From NCBI GenBank assembly GCA_019651595.1, contig BOYQ01000006.1, positions 44,044 through 108,043 on the forward strand: a stretch of DNA of 64,000 bases. Direction: 5' to 3'. Below are positions 37,811-46,731 of the stretch, piece after piece (the first letter of the stretch is position 1; the number at the start of each line of letters is the position of its first letter). This stretch comes from Candidatus Poseidoniales archaeon (GTDB lineage Archaea > Thermoplasmatota > Poseidoniia > Poseidoniales > Poseidoniaceae). A model generated the notes under the pieces. That model worked only from the letters and a program-made list of their open reading frames with translations, made no database searches and was not told where the DNA came from. The position numbers and the translations under genes are program-made.

Positions 37811-38314
37811 ATGGTCAGCCTGCTTTGTGATTTGGGCGTGGCCGCAAGGGTGGTCCGGGACGGGCAAATTCTTCTCGTCCAAGAGGCCTCAGGTCCCCAT
37901 CAAGGAAAGTGGGGCTTTCCCAAAGGACGGGTCGACCCGGGTGAAAGCCCCGAGGCCGCATCGCTGCGGGAACTCTTCGAGGAATCCGGTCATGAAGGGC
38001 GCGTCATGGGGCTGGCAGGGGTCCGTACGGCCCTCCGAAAAGGCCAACCCGCCGTGTTTCTCTGCTACGACGTGCACGTTGACACCGATGTTGAGCATCA
38101 CACGAACGAAGAAATTTCGAGCACTGCGTGGTTCACGCTGGGCCAGTGTGCGGCCCTTGATTGGGTTTCAGAAACCATGCATCAATTGGCCGTCGACGGG
38201 TTGACTCGACGAAGTTTGATGCGAAACCAAGCCGGTCTTACTCCCCGAACCAACCCGTACGCCGTGTATCGAACAAGCAAAACAGAGAACGTTCAGCGAG
38301 GTGGCTTGTCGTGA
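37811..38314 (+). CDS. NUDIX hydrolase
   Basis: Nudix box GKWGFPKGRVDPGESPEAASLRELFEESG. Confidence 0.85.
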   Translation: MVSLLCDLGVAARVVRDGQILLVQEASGPHQGKWGFPKGRVDPGESPEAASLRELFEESGHEGRVMGLAGVRTALRKGQPAVFLCYDVHVDTDVEHHTNEEISSTAWFTLGQCAALDWVSETMHQLAVDGLTRRSLMRNQAGLTPRTNPYAVYRTSKTENVQRGGLS

Positions 38315-39855
38315 TTCCCAGCAGCCGTCTGAAGATTCACGGCGTTCCCAACGATGCCGGTGAAGTCGTCGTGTATTGGATGACGGCAGCTCGAAGAGCA
38401 CAGTGGAACCACGCCCTTCAGCACGCTGTGGACCTGGCCAAGCAACACAACGTCCCGCTGGTTGTCATCGAGTGTCTGGCCCTTCAACATCGCTGGGCGA
38501 ACGATCGCATCTCCACCTTCGTTCTTCAGGGCATGGTGGACAACCGCGCCGCCTTTGATGGGACCACCGTGACCTACATCCCCTACGTCGAAACCAAGCG
38601 AAAACAAGCCTCTGGCCTTCTCAAGGGTTGGCTTGAGCACGCACGAGCTTGCGTCATTGACGACTACCCAACCTACTACCCCAAGCACGTGTTGAACGTG
38701 GCCCTGTCCGTTATCCCCTGCGAGATTCACGTCGTGGATTCCAACGGGTTCATGGCCATGCGGGCTCAGGGAAGGGATTTCTCGACCGCTTATTCCCTTC
38801 GCCGTCATCTCCACAAAACGATTCGGGAGCACATGCACGAGTTTCCACAGCGCCGCCCGCTCGAGGCTGCCACCGATCTCCCTCCGGCAGACCCCGCTCT
38901 GGTCAAAGCGATTTTTGCTCAAACCAACACCCCCATCACGCCCTACGAATTCCTCTGGCGCGTTTCGGAGGGTGGCGACATCGGAAGGGAAGCCCTCTCA
39001 ACCCTCAGCATTGACCACGAGGTCCAGCCCGTGATGGGCAAGAAAGGCGGTTTTGTTGAGGGCCGTCGCCGCTGGAAAGAATTCTTTGCCGACCGCCTCC
39101 AGACCTACCATGAAAAGCGGAACGAGCCCCAGGAACGGGGGGCCAGCGGCCTCTCGCCTTGGTTGCATTACGGGCACGTGAGTGTTCACGGGATTCTTCA
39201 CGACATCTTCACCCACCATCGATGGGACGTCAGCATGGTCAATGCACCCAACGACGGACGACGTCAAGGTTGGTGGGGCCTGCCCGAACCCGTTGAAGCC
39301 TTCCTCGACCAAATCATCACCTGGCGGGACATTGGCTTCATCCACTGCGCCATGGTGGAAAACCACACGGAATACGAATCCTTGCCCGAGTGGGCGAAAA
39401 CCACGCTGGCGGAACACGAAGCTGACGTGCGACCTTACCTCTACACCCTCGAGGAACTTGAAAATGCTCAGACGCACGACCCGTTGTGGAACGCTGCACA
39501 ACAGCAACTCCGTCAGGAAGGCATCATTCACAACTACCTCCGCATGCTTTGGGGGAAGAAAATCCTCGAGTGGTCTCCCGACCCTCAGACGGCCATGGAC
39601 CACATGATCGCCCTCAACGACCGATGGGCGTTGGACGGTCGCGACCCCAACTCCTACACCGGGATTGGCTGGGTGATGGGGAAGTTCGACCGGGGGTGGA
39701 CCGAGCGCGCCGTGTACGGCAAGGTTCGATGCATGACCAGTGCTTCGACGGCCCGGAAATTCAAAACCAAAGGCTACGTCGAAAAATACACGGCTCCCAC
39801 GGATTCCTCAAAGGTGCTCGGCTCTGGGCCATCGTTTTATTCCGCTCATCAATGA
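38311..39855 (+). CDS. phr: class II CPD deoxyribodipyrimidine photolyase
   Basis: VVYWMTAARRAQWNHAL...; C-terminal IHNYLRMLWGKKILEW...NDRWALDGRDPNSYTGIGW...GKVRCMT. GTG start overlaps the nudix stop (GTGA). Confidence 0.85.
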   Translation: MIPSSRLKIHGVPNDAGEVVVYWMTAARRAQWNHALQHAVDLAKQHNVPLVVIECLALQHRWANDRISTFVLQGMVDNRAAFDGTTVTYIPYVETKRKQASGLLKGWLEHARACVIDDYPTYYPKHVLNVALSVIPCEIHVVDSNGFMAMRAQGRDFSTAYSLRRHLHKTIREHMHEFPQRRPLEAATDLPPADPALVKAIFAQTNTPITPYEFLWRVSEGGDIGREALSTLSIDHEVQPVMGKKGGFVEGRRRWKEFFADRLQTYHEKRNEPQERGASGLSPWLHYGHVSVHGILHDIFTHHRWDVSMVNAPNDGRRQGWWGLPEPVEAFLDQIITWRDIGFIHCAMVENHTEYESLPEWAKTTLAEHEADVRPYLYTLEELENAQTHDPLWNAAQQQLRQEGIIHNYLRMLWGKKILEWSPDPQTAMDHMIALNDRWALDGRDPNSYTGIGWVMGKFDRGWTERAVYGKVRCMTSASTARKFKTKGYVEKYTAPTDSSKVLGSGPSFYSAHQ

Positions 39856-39864
39856 GGCCGTTCC

Positions 39865-41262
39865 ATGCCAACGTACACTCACGTCGCAACCTACGATGCA
39901 CCCGTTGAAGACGTCTGGGCATGGTACGACAGCCCCGGTGCCTTCCGACGCATCATGCCGGAATGGGAGGGGATTAAACCGCTGGAGGCGGGCCGCTTGG
40001 TCAACGATGCCACCACCCGATTTCGTGTGTCCCTCGGGCCGCTTCGCCCGATGTGGGTGGCTCGTCACTACGACGTCGTGGCTGGAGAAGTCTTCAACGA
40101 CGTGATGGAAAAAGGTCCCTTCGGTGCTTGGGACCACGAACATCGCTTTGTTCCAACGGGCGACAACACCAGCGAAATTCGCGACACCATCCAGTGGAAA
40201 CTGCCGTTCCATCCGCTGACGTTCTGGACGGCTCCCTTCACCGTCAAGGGCCGAATGAACCAAATGTTTGCCTACCGAACCCATCGGGTCCAGGAGGACC
40301 TCCGACGGATTTCACAGTACGCCGACCTTCCCAAACAGCGGGTGCTCGTGAGCGGTTCAACTGGACTGATCGGCCTTCAACTCTGCGCGTTCCTTCAAGC
40401 CGCCGGGCACGAAGTCGTTCGATTGACTCGTCCCTCGACCGTTCTTCCTCCCGATGTCACCGACCAACCTTGTGTGGTGTGGGACGACCAAACCGGCGAG
40501 GTCCTCGAGGGAAGTCTGGAAGGCTTTGACACGGTGATTCACCTCGCCGGTGCCGGCATCGGCGACAAGCGCTGGAACGCCGAGCGAAAGGCGCTCATCC
40601 GTTCGAGCCGAACCGTGCCGACCGAGAACTTGGTTCGGCTTTTCTCAACCCTCGAAACGCCACCGAAAACCTTCCTCTCCGGTTCCGCCGTGGGCTACTA
40701 CGGCAACCGAGGCGACGAGCAGTTGACCGAATCATCGCCCGCCGGCGACGGGTTCTTGTCGCAACTGGCCCAAGACTGGGAAGCGGCCGCTGCGCCGGCA
40801 CAAGACCTTGGCATCCGCACCGTCTGGATGCGCACCGGCATCATCACCACGCCCATGGGCGGGGCCCTCCAACCCATGCTCCTCCCGACCCTGCTCGGTG
40901 CAGGCGGGCCGCTGGGCGGCGGCCGTCAGTACCAATCGTGGATTTCGCTCCACGACCACGTTTACGCCACCTACCACCTGATGATGACCGAAACATGCGA
41001 AGGAGCCTACAACCTCACGGCGCCCGAGCCGGTCATGCAGAAGCACTATGCGAAAACGCTTGGAAAGGTCCTGCTCCGACCATGGTTTGCTCCTGCACCC
41101 GGTTTTGTCCTCAGGGTCATGTTTGGAGAACTGGCTCAAGCGCTCATTTTGGACGGCCAACGCGTGCTCCCCCAGCGCTTGCTGGACAGCGGGTTCGTCT
41201 TTTCTCACGAAGGTCTTGAGTCGTGCCTGCGTGAATGCCTCGGCAAGCAAAAATCGGCTTGA
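39865..41262 (+). CDS. SRPBCC (START/cyclase-like) domain fused to YfcH-type NAD-dependent epimerase (TIGR01777 + DUF1731)
   Basis: N-terminal about 150 aa resemble an SRPBCC fold. Then VLVSGSTGLIGLQL (Rossmann) and C-terminal ...QRVLPQRLLDSGFVF. Confidence 0.8.
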   Translation: MPTYTHVATYDAPVEDVWAWYDSPGAFRRIMPEWEGIKPLEAGRLVNDATTRFRVSLGPLRPMWVARHYDVVAGEVFNDVMEKGPFGAWDHEHRFVPTGDNTSEIRDTIQWKLPFHPLTFWTAPFTVKGRMNQMFAYRTHRVQEDLRRISQYADLPKQRVLVSGSTGLIGLQLCAFLQAAGHEVVRLTRPSTVLPPDVTDQPCVVWDDQTGEVLEGSLEGFDTVIHLAGAGIGDKRWNAERKALIRSSRTVPTENLVRLFSTLETPPKTFLSGSAVGYYGNRGDEQLTESSPAGDGFLSQLAQDWEAAAAPAQDLGIRTVWMRTGIITTPMGGALQPMLLPTLLGAGGPLGGGRQYQSWISLHDHVYATYHLMMTETCEGAYNLTAPEPVMQKHYAKTLGKVLLRPWFAPAPGFVLRVMFGELAQALILDGQRVLPQRLLDSGFVFSHEGLESCLRECLGKQKSA

Positions 41263-41271
41263 TGGCACCTT

Positions 41272-41291
41272 CACCCCGTAGGGGTGCTTTT
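41272..41291 (+). terminator. GC hairpin plus T-run after the yfcH-like gene
   Basis: caccccGTAggggtg (6-bp stem, 3-nt loop) followed by cttttg, 10 nt after the stop. Confidence 0.35.
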
Positions 41292-41317
41292 GATAATCCG
41301 GTCGCCCATCCCCCGAC

Positions 41318-43834
41318 ATGGCCGGTCGAGTTGCCATCCTGCTCGTCCTCGCCCTCGCGCTGATTCATCTGCCGTTGGTGAGCGCCGACGATGCCCCCGC
41401 CAGCGCCAACGGGCTGACGGACGGTGTGTCGTCAAGCGGGTACGTTTGCGACCCTGACGGGTGCTCTCCAAACGACAAGCGCGACTACTGGAAAATTCAA
41501 GGGAAAATGGGCGATATCGTCCAAGTCACCTTTTCGGGCAGCATGAGCAACGCTGCGTGGTGGTGCCCCGGCGACGGTTGGGAAGGGACCTTCACCATGG
41601 GTTCGGTTTCCCAGAACGTCGATGACGGTTCCCCAACCGCCACCCTGTCCACGACGCTTTCCACGGCGGGTGAGATTCTGATCAAGGTTGAAGGCAAAAA
41701 TTCGTGGTGTAACGACGGTTTTGATTACACCCTCACGCCCTCGATTGACAAAACCAACCGCGACTCTGATGAGGACGGCTTCGTTGACACCGAAGACGAC
41801 TGCACCCTCCTGGTCGGTGCGTCCACCAACGACCGAAAAGGATGCACCGACTCCGACGGCGACGGTTGGTCGGACCCCGACAGCGGATGGGGCGTACAAA
41901 ACGGCGCTGATGCTTTTGCAAGTGAATCCTCACAATGGTTGGACTCGGACAACGACGGCTACGGGGACAACCTCGACGGCTACCAGGGCGACCACTGTCA
42001 ATTCAGCCGAGGCTACTCCACGTCCGACCGGTACGGATGCGTGGATTCCGATGGCGACTCTTATTCCGACCCGGACCCGGGAGGACTGAACGGCTACGAA
42101 GCGTGGTTCGCCCACCCTGTCGGCAAAGCCGATGCCTTTGCTTACGACGCCTCTCAGTGGAACGACACCGACGAGGACGGCTACGGCGACAACTGGGACG
42201 ACCCTTCGCTGAACGCCACGCGGCAGGTCTGGGACATCGGTCAGTTTGTCGACAACGCCACACAGCCGGATGCTTGCCCGTTCATCCGAGGAGGTTCCTC
42301 CTCTGACCGGTTTGGATGCATTGACAGCGACTTGGACACGTACTCCGACGGGGATGAAAACTGGACCATCGACAACGGTTCGGACGCCTTCCCGCTCGAA
42401 CCAACGCAATGGCTCGATTCGGACCGGGACGGATGGGGTGACAATCAAACGCTGGGAGCTCAGCGCATCGACGATTTCCCCTTCAACCCGACCCAGTGGC
42501 GAGACACGGACCGAGACGGGTGGGGCGACAACCAAACCTACGGCGCCACCCAGGTCGACGATTTCCCCTTTGTACCCTCCCAATACAGGGACACGGACGG
42601 TGACGGGTACGGTGACAATCTTACCGGATTCGAGGGCGATGTTTGCATGCAATCCACGCCCGAGGAAGTGGACTCAGGCTGGATCAGTCGCTACGACCGT
42701 CTGGGGTGCCGGGACGTCGACAAGGACGGGTTTTCGGACCCCACCGACCTGTGGTCGGCTCACCCGGCTGGGTTTGCCGATGCTTTCCCTGACGATCCTT
42801 CCCAGTGGCACGACACGGACGACGACGGTTACGGCGACAACCTCGAGTATTTCGACGGACAAACGTGGCGGTCCTCCTACCGTCCCGACGGCTGCCGCAC
42901 CACGCAGGGCCAATCGACGTTCGACCGCTGGGGTTGCCCCGACGGGGACGGAGATGGTTGGTCCGACCCGACCTCCATTTGGCTGGCCAGCCCGGGCGGT
43001 TCGGGGGATGCATGGCCTGAGGACCCCACCCAGTGGCACGACACCGACGGTGATGGCCGTGGCGATAATCCACGAGGGAACACAGCCGACGTTTGTCCTT
43101 CTATAGCAGGAACCTCGGTTGGACCTTCCTTCGGTGGCGATCGCTGGGGGTGCAAGGACACCGACGGTGACGGCTGGTCCGACCTCGGTGATGCCTTCAT
43201 TCACGAACCCACGCAATGGCGAGATTCCGATGGAGACGGTTATGGCGACCGCATCGACGGTCATCAGGGCGATGCGTGCCCCGAGACCCGCGGGACCTCC
43301 CTCCTCGACCGATTGGGATGCCGGGACACCGACGGCGATGGTTGGTCCGACCCCAGCGAATCGTGGCCGGCTCATCCGTTTGGCACCGGGGATGCCTTCC
43401 CCACCGAAGCGCTGCAGTGGAAGGACACCGACCAAGACGGCTTTGGGGACCTCCCGCTGGGGGCGTTCCGGGATGACTGCCCCACCCAAGCTGGGTCCTC
43501 CGAGCGCGACCTCCAAGGTTGTCCGGACGACAACGGGGACGGTTGGTCAAACCAATACGGTGAATTTGCCGCTGCCATTGCTATCATGGGCGAGGACCCT
43601 GCGGCTTCCTGGCTCACGTACGCCGTGATGGGCGCTGGTTTCCTGCTGGGGGCATTGGGAGCGTTGCTGGTCAAAGGCACTCGTCGCCGCCGAGAACTCC
43701 TCGAACAACTCATTCACGACAAGGAAACGGAACTGATGAATTCGCCCGGCATTGGCGAACCCGTTCCGACCTTGATCCCGCTCGACCAACTGCCGCCCTT
43801 GCCCGCATCCGAAGGAGGTGAGCAAGATGGGTGA
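41318..43834 (+). CDS. secreted thrombospondin type-3-like Ca-binding repeat protein with C-terminal TM anchor and PPLP-containing tail
   Basis: Signal peptide and a PPC-like N-module. About 8 bipartite units GC.D.DGDGWSDP...ADAFP.DP.QW.D.D.DGYGDN. A TM helix follows, then KGTRRRR... and a tail ending ...DQLPPLPASEGGEQDG. Confidence 0.85.
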   Translation: MAGRVAILLVLALALIHLPLVSADDAPASANGLTDGVSSSGYVCDPDGCSPNDKRDYWKIQGKMGDIVQVTFSGSMSNAAWWCPGDGWEGTFTMGSVSQNVDDGSPTATLSTTLSTAGEILIKVEGKNSWCNDGFDYTLTPSIDKTNRDSDEDGFVDTEDDCTLLVGASTNDRKGCTDSDGDGWSDPDSGWGVQNGADAFASESSQWLDSDNDGYGDNLDGYQGDHCQFSRGYSTSDRYGCVDSDGDSYSDPDPGGLNGYEAWFAHPVGKADAFAYDASQWNDTDEDGYGDNWDDPSLNATRQVWDIGQFVDNATQPDACPFIRGGSSSDRFGCIDSDLDTYSDGDENWTIDNGSDAFPLEPTQWLDSDRDGWGDNQTLGAQRIDDFPFNPTQWRDTDRDGWGDNQTYGATQVDDFPFVPSQYRDTDGDGYGDNLTGFEGDVCMQSTPEEVDSGWISRYDRLGCRDVDKDGFSDPTDLWSAHPAGFADAFPDDPSQWHDTDDDGYGDNLEYFDGQTWRSSYRPDGCRTTQGQSTFDRWGCPDGDGDGWSDPTSIWLASPGGSGDAWPEDPTQWHDTDGDGRGDNPRGNTADVCPSIAGTSVGPSFGGDRWGCKDTDGDGWSDLGDAFIHEPTQWRDSDGDGYGDRIDGHQGDACPETRGTSLLDRLGCRDTDGDGWSDPSESWPAHPFGTGDAFPTEALQWKDTDQDGFGDLPLGAFRDDCPTQAGSSERDLQGCPDDNGDGWSNQYGEFAAAIAIMGEDPAASWLTYAVMGAGFLLGALGALLVKGTRRRRELLEQLIHDKETELMNSPGIGEPVPTLIPLDQLPPLPASEGGEQDG
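41830..43560 (+). repeat. coding tandem repeats (TSP3-like bipartite units, about 60 aa each)
   Basis: Recurrent gacggcgacgg / cagtgg...gacaccgac DNA strings encode DxDxDGxxDxxD loops. Confidence 0.7.
43099..43108. repeat. near-copy TTCTATAGCA (9/10) inside the TSP3 CDS
   Basis: Read as CCT TCT ATA GCA (PSIA). Confidence 0.6.
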
Positions 43835-45118
43835 GGGTCGCTGGCGTGCCGTGCTGCTGGCGCTGATGATGACCGTGCTGCTCCTCCCGCTGGGCTCCGT
43901 GAGCGCTGAGGAAACCATGGAGGAGCGACTGGCGGCTGAGGGGTTGACCTTGCTCGCTTTGCGCAACGACACCATCGACACCGACCAAGACGGCGACATC
44001 GATGCGGTGCGCGTGGTCATCGTTCTGAATTCTACCGCCACCTCCAACGAACTCATCGTCAAACTTCGGGGCTTGCACAAGGAGCGAGAAGTGCTTGAAA
44101 CGCAGGAGGTTGCCTTCGTTGGTCAAACCAACATCACCGTCGTTTACGATGCGTGGTCCAAAGGAGAACACAACCTGCGACTGGATTTCTTTGATGCCAA
44201 CGGTGACTTCATCGCCTCCAACCCGCTTCCAACGTTCATGCTGACGCCCGCTCTCCGGGTGCCGCAGGTGCTGCTTGCCTTGAACGCAGGCGACATGCTC
44301 CAGACCGGTGAGGCGTGTGAGATCACCCGTACTTTTGCTGACGAAACGGGTCCACGATACGGCGAAACGGGGGTTCGAACGTTCACCGGCGCTCCCTTCA
44401 GCGTGCTTGACTCACAGGAGACCCTCGATCAGGCATCATGGCCGCCGGCGATTACGAGCTGAAGGAAACCTACCGAAAGGGCCCTTGGGTCAAACCGCAG
44501 AAAGCACCTGAATTTCACCATCGAGAACCGCCCTGCCCCCGCCTTCAGGCTGATTGCCTCCGGCCATGAAACACCACGGAAACCCCTGCAGCGTCGCATG
44601 GAGCTGACGGACGGTCGACCGCTGGACGGCTTGACGATGGTGTGGCGGGTCAAGGGAGGCGGAAAGCATCAACGCCACCGTTTACGACTGCTCCAACCTC
44701 CGGCCGGCGCTTATCTGATCCGCTGGAGGTCATCACGGACAAACTCATTTCCTCAACCGAGGCCATCAACCTGATTCGTCCCCCCGCCGAGGATTTGAGC
44801 GAGGACGAGCGTGCTGCTCTCCCTTCCATCTCGTTGGGTCCCGAGACGAGCACCGAGTCGGTTGGGTGGATGTCCATCGGTGTGCTCGCCCTTATCGTCT
44901 CCCTGTTGGTGTTCATCCTGCTGATTCGCAATCCTGATCCTGAACCCTTGGAACTGCCATCCCTCGGACCTACCCCGCAGGTGTTGCCGGACGGCTCACC
45001 CGACGCAGAGGGGTTGCCGACCACCGTGGACGACCAAGGGGTCTTGTGGCGGCAGCACCCCGACGGGGCGGTGGATTGGTGGGACCGTGACTGGAGCATC
45101 TGGCACAGGTGGGAGTGA
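43827..45118 (+). CDS. secreted/membrane-anchored accessory protein ending in a Trp-rich WW/DUF2510-like module; at least 4 frame changes between 44430 and 44720
   Basis: ATG 43827 overlaps the TSP3 gene stop (ATGGGTGA). Signal peptide. Fragments 43818-44462 and 44642-45118 are bridged by short stretches in other frames. TM helix WMSIGVLALIVSLLVFILLI. The tail ends ...DDQGVLWRQHPDGAVDWWDRDWSIWHRWE. Confidence 0.5.
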
Positions 45119-46017
45119 ATGAACGCTGTTGAAGCCATCCTCATCGGTGTTGTCAGCCTTGTTGCGGCGGTTGTCCTTCGTTTGATTTACGTCTGGTACA
45201 CCCGAATACGACCCCTTCAACCCTCGCTTGATTTGGAGTGGGCTGCGGACTGCAAACATTTGACGACCGCCACGGTCAACGGGTCGGCGTTGACCTTTCA
45301 CATGGTTCGAAATTTCACATGGCGCACGACCAAAGACCGGGACGAGGATTGGGAGGACGAAATCAGCGTGGATGCCGAGGACCTGAAAGACGTCTGGTTC
45401 ATCGTTGACCATTTCCACTCCATCAAGGGCTTGGCTCACACCTACCTCACGTTCGAATTTGGTTGTGGAACGTGCCTCTCGTTTTCGTTTGAATCGCGCC
45501 GAGAAAAGGGTGAACGCTACCATCCCTGGGACGGCCTCTGGCGCGCCTATGAGCTCTACCTCTTGGTTGGAACAGAGCGGGACGTGACGGGACTCAGAAC
45601 CCACGGAAGGGGCAACAAGGACTACATGTTTCGTGCCAACACCCCGCCCGAAAAAAACAGGGAACTTCTCTTCGCCATGGTCAAGAAACTCAACGACCTT
45701 GCCGTGAACCCCGAGTGGTACCATTCCCTTTGACGACATGCAACACGTCCATCGTCAACATTGTCAACGAAGTGACGCCGGGAAGGATTCCGTTTTTGTG
45801 GCGCAATTTCCTCCCGGGCTACACCCCAAAGGCAGCGTTTAATCTGAAACTCATCGAAGATTGGGGCGGCCTTGAGGAGACCCTTCGCAAGGCGAGGATC
45901 GACGAGAAAGCCCAAGCCTGGGACGGCGTTGAAGACTATTCGGCTATGCTTCGTTCGTTCCTGCCGCCTTCCAAGGCAGGTGGAGGGGATGAATCATCAT
46001 CAGGCGCCCGTGCTTGA
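45119..46017 (+). CDS. DUF4105 (Lnb N-terminal-like) domain membrane protein, one frame change near 45730
   Basis: ATG lies immediately after the upstream stop. N-terminal TM helix. ...PEWYHSL|(L)TTCNTSIVNIVNEVTPGRIPFLWRNFLPGYTP matches the YH.L..NC.T...N..P signature of DUF4105 as I recall it. Confidence 0.6.
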
Positions 46018-46609
46018 ACGAGAGTTGAACCTTGGGTCCAACGCTGGTGTTGTGAAGTCCACGTGATCCCATGGGCAGCGTCTCACCGCTGAGGCTGAAG
46101 GCTGCGCCTTCCAGCACCACCTCTTCTGCAACAGGCAGCGCAAACAGCGAGAATTCATCGCCAAGCTCAATTTCTATAGAATAAGTGACTCCGGGTGAAA
46201 AGAACCGGTACACGTGGGTGTGGCTGATGCACGTGATCCTCAGTGAAGAGGCGCCGCACGTGAGAAGGTTGGCCCATTCATGTTGCGGGTCCCCGCCGGT
46301 CGCTCCGACCACCCAGCACGCCGTGAACCCCTGCTCGTGAACCCAATCAATCGCCTTGCTCAAGTCATTGGCGTTTTGCTGAGGGCGCTCGACCACGGCA
46401 CCGCCTCTCGCCACGTGTTCGTCCAGCTGGTCCTGTTCGACGCTGTCCATGTCGCCCACCACGGCATCGGGCCTGAGACCATGCTCCAGGCACGTTGTCA
46501 GCGCTCCATCGCAAGCGATGATGGCAGCTGCTTCATCCGCCAACGCCAGCACCACCGCATCGGGGGCTCGCTCACCGCAGGCAAAGATGAGCGCCGTTTT
46601 GCCTGCCAC
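45944..46609 (-). CDS. thiamine pyrophosphokinase
   Basis: ACDGAL...RPDAVVGDMDSV, NDLSKAIDW, VVGATGGDPQHEWANL. Confidence 0.8.
   Translation of the reverse strand: MAGKTALIFACGERAPDAVVLALADEAAAIIACDGALTTCLEHGLRPDAVVGDMDSVEQDQLDEHVARGGAVVERPQQNANDLSKAIDWVHEQGFTACWVVGATGGDPQHEWANLLTCGASSLRITCISHTHVYRFFSPGVTYSIEIELGDEFSLFALPVAEEVVLEGAAFSLSGETLPMGSRGLHNTSVGPKVQLSFKHGRLMMIHPLHLPWKAAGTNEA
46172..46181. repeat. palindrome TTCTATAGAA (copy 3, inside thiamine pyrophosphokinase CDS)
   Basis: Exact 10-mer. Read as TAT TCT ATA GAA ATT (YSIEI). Confidence 0.9.
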
Positions 46610-46731
46610 GGTGGGAGGTGGGGCCCCTCCCTTCTGAACTCAACGGTGGTGGGAAACGGCGGAAATGACCCCCTACGGGGGTCAAGCGAAAGTCAACAAT
46701 GATTTTCAAGGTCGCCGGGTGTGCTTAACCC

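Noticed and set aside
41930-43516. Long minus-strand and alternative-frame ORFs across the TSP3 gene (41930-42652, 42674-43516, 42246-43106); the same occurs across 50384-52393 in the giant gene
   Set aside because: They are by-products of the periodic GAC/GGC-rich repeat DNA. The plus-strand frame carries the canonical DxDxDGxxDxxD motifs.
41830-43560. Possible CRISPR-like or non-coding tandem array suggested by DNA periodicity
   Set aside because: The repeats are imperfect and of variable length. They are in frame and encode Ca-binding loops. There is no repeat-spacer structure.
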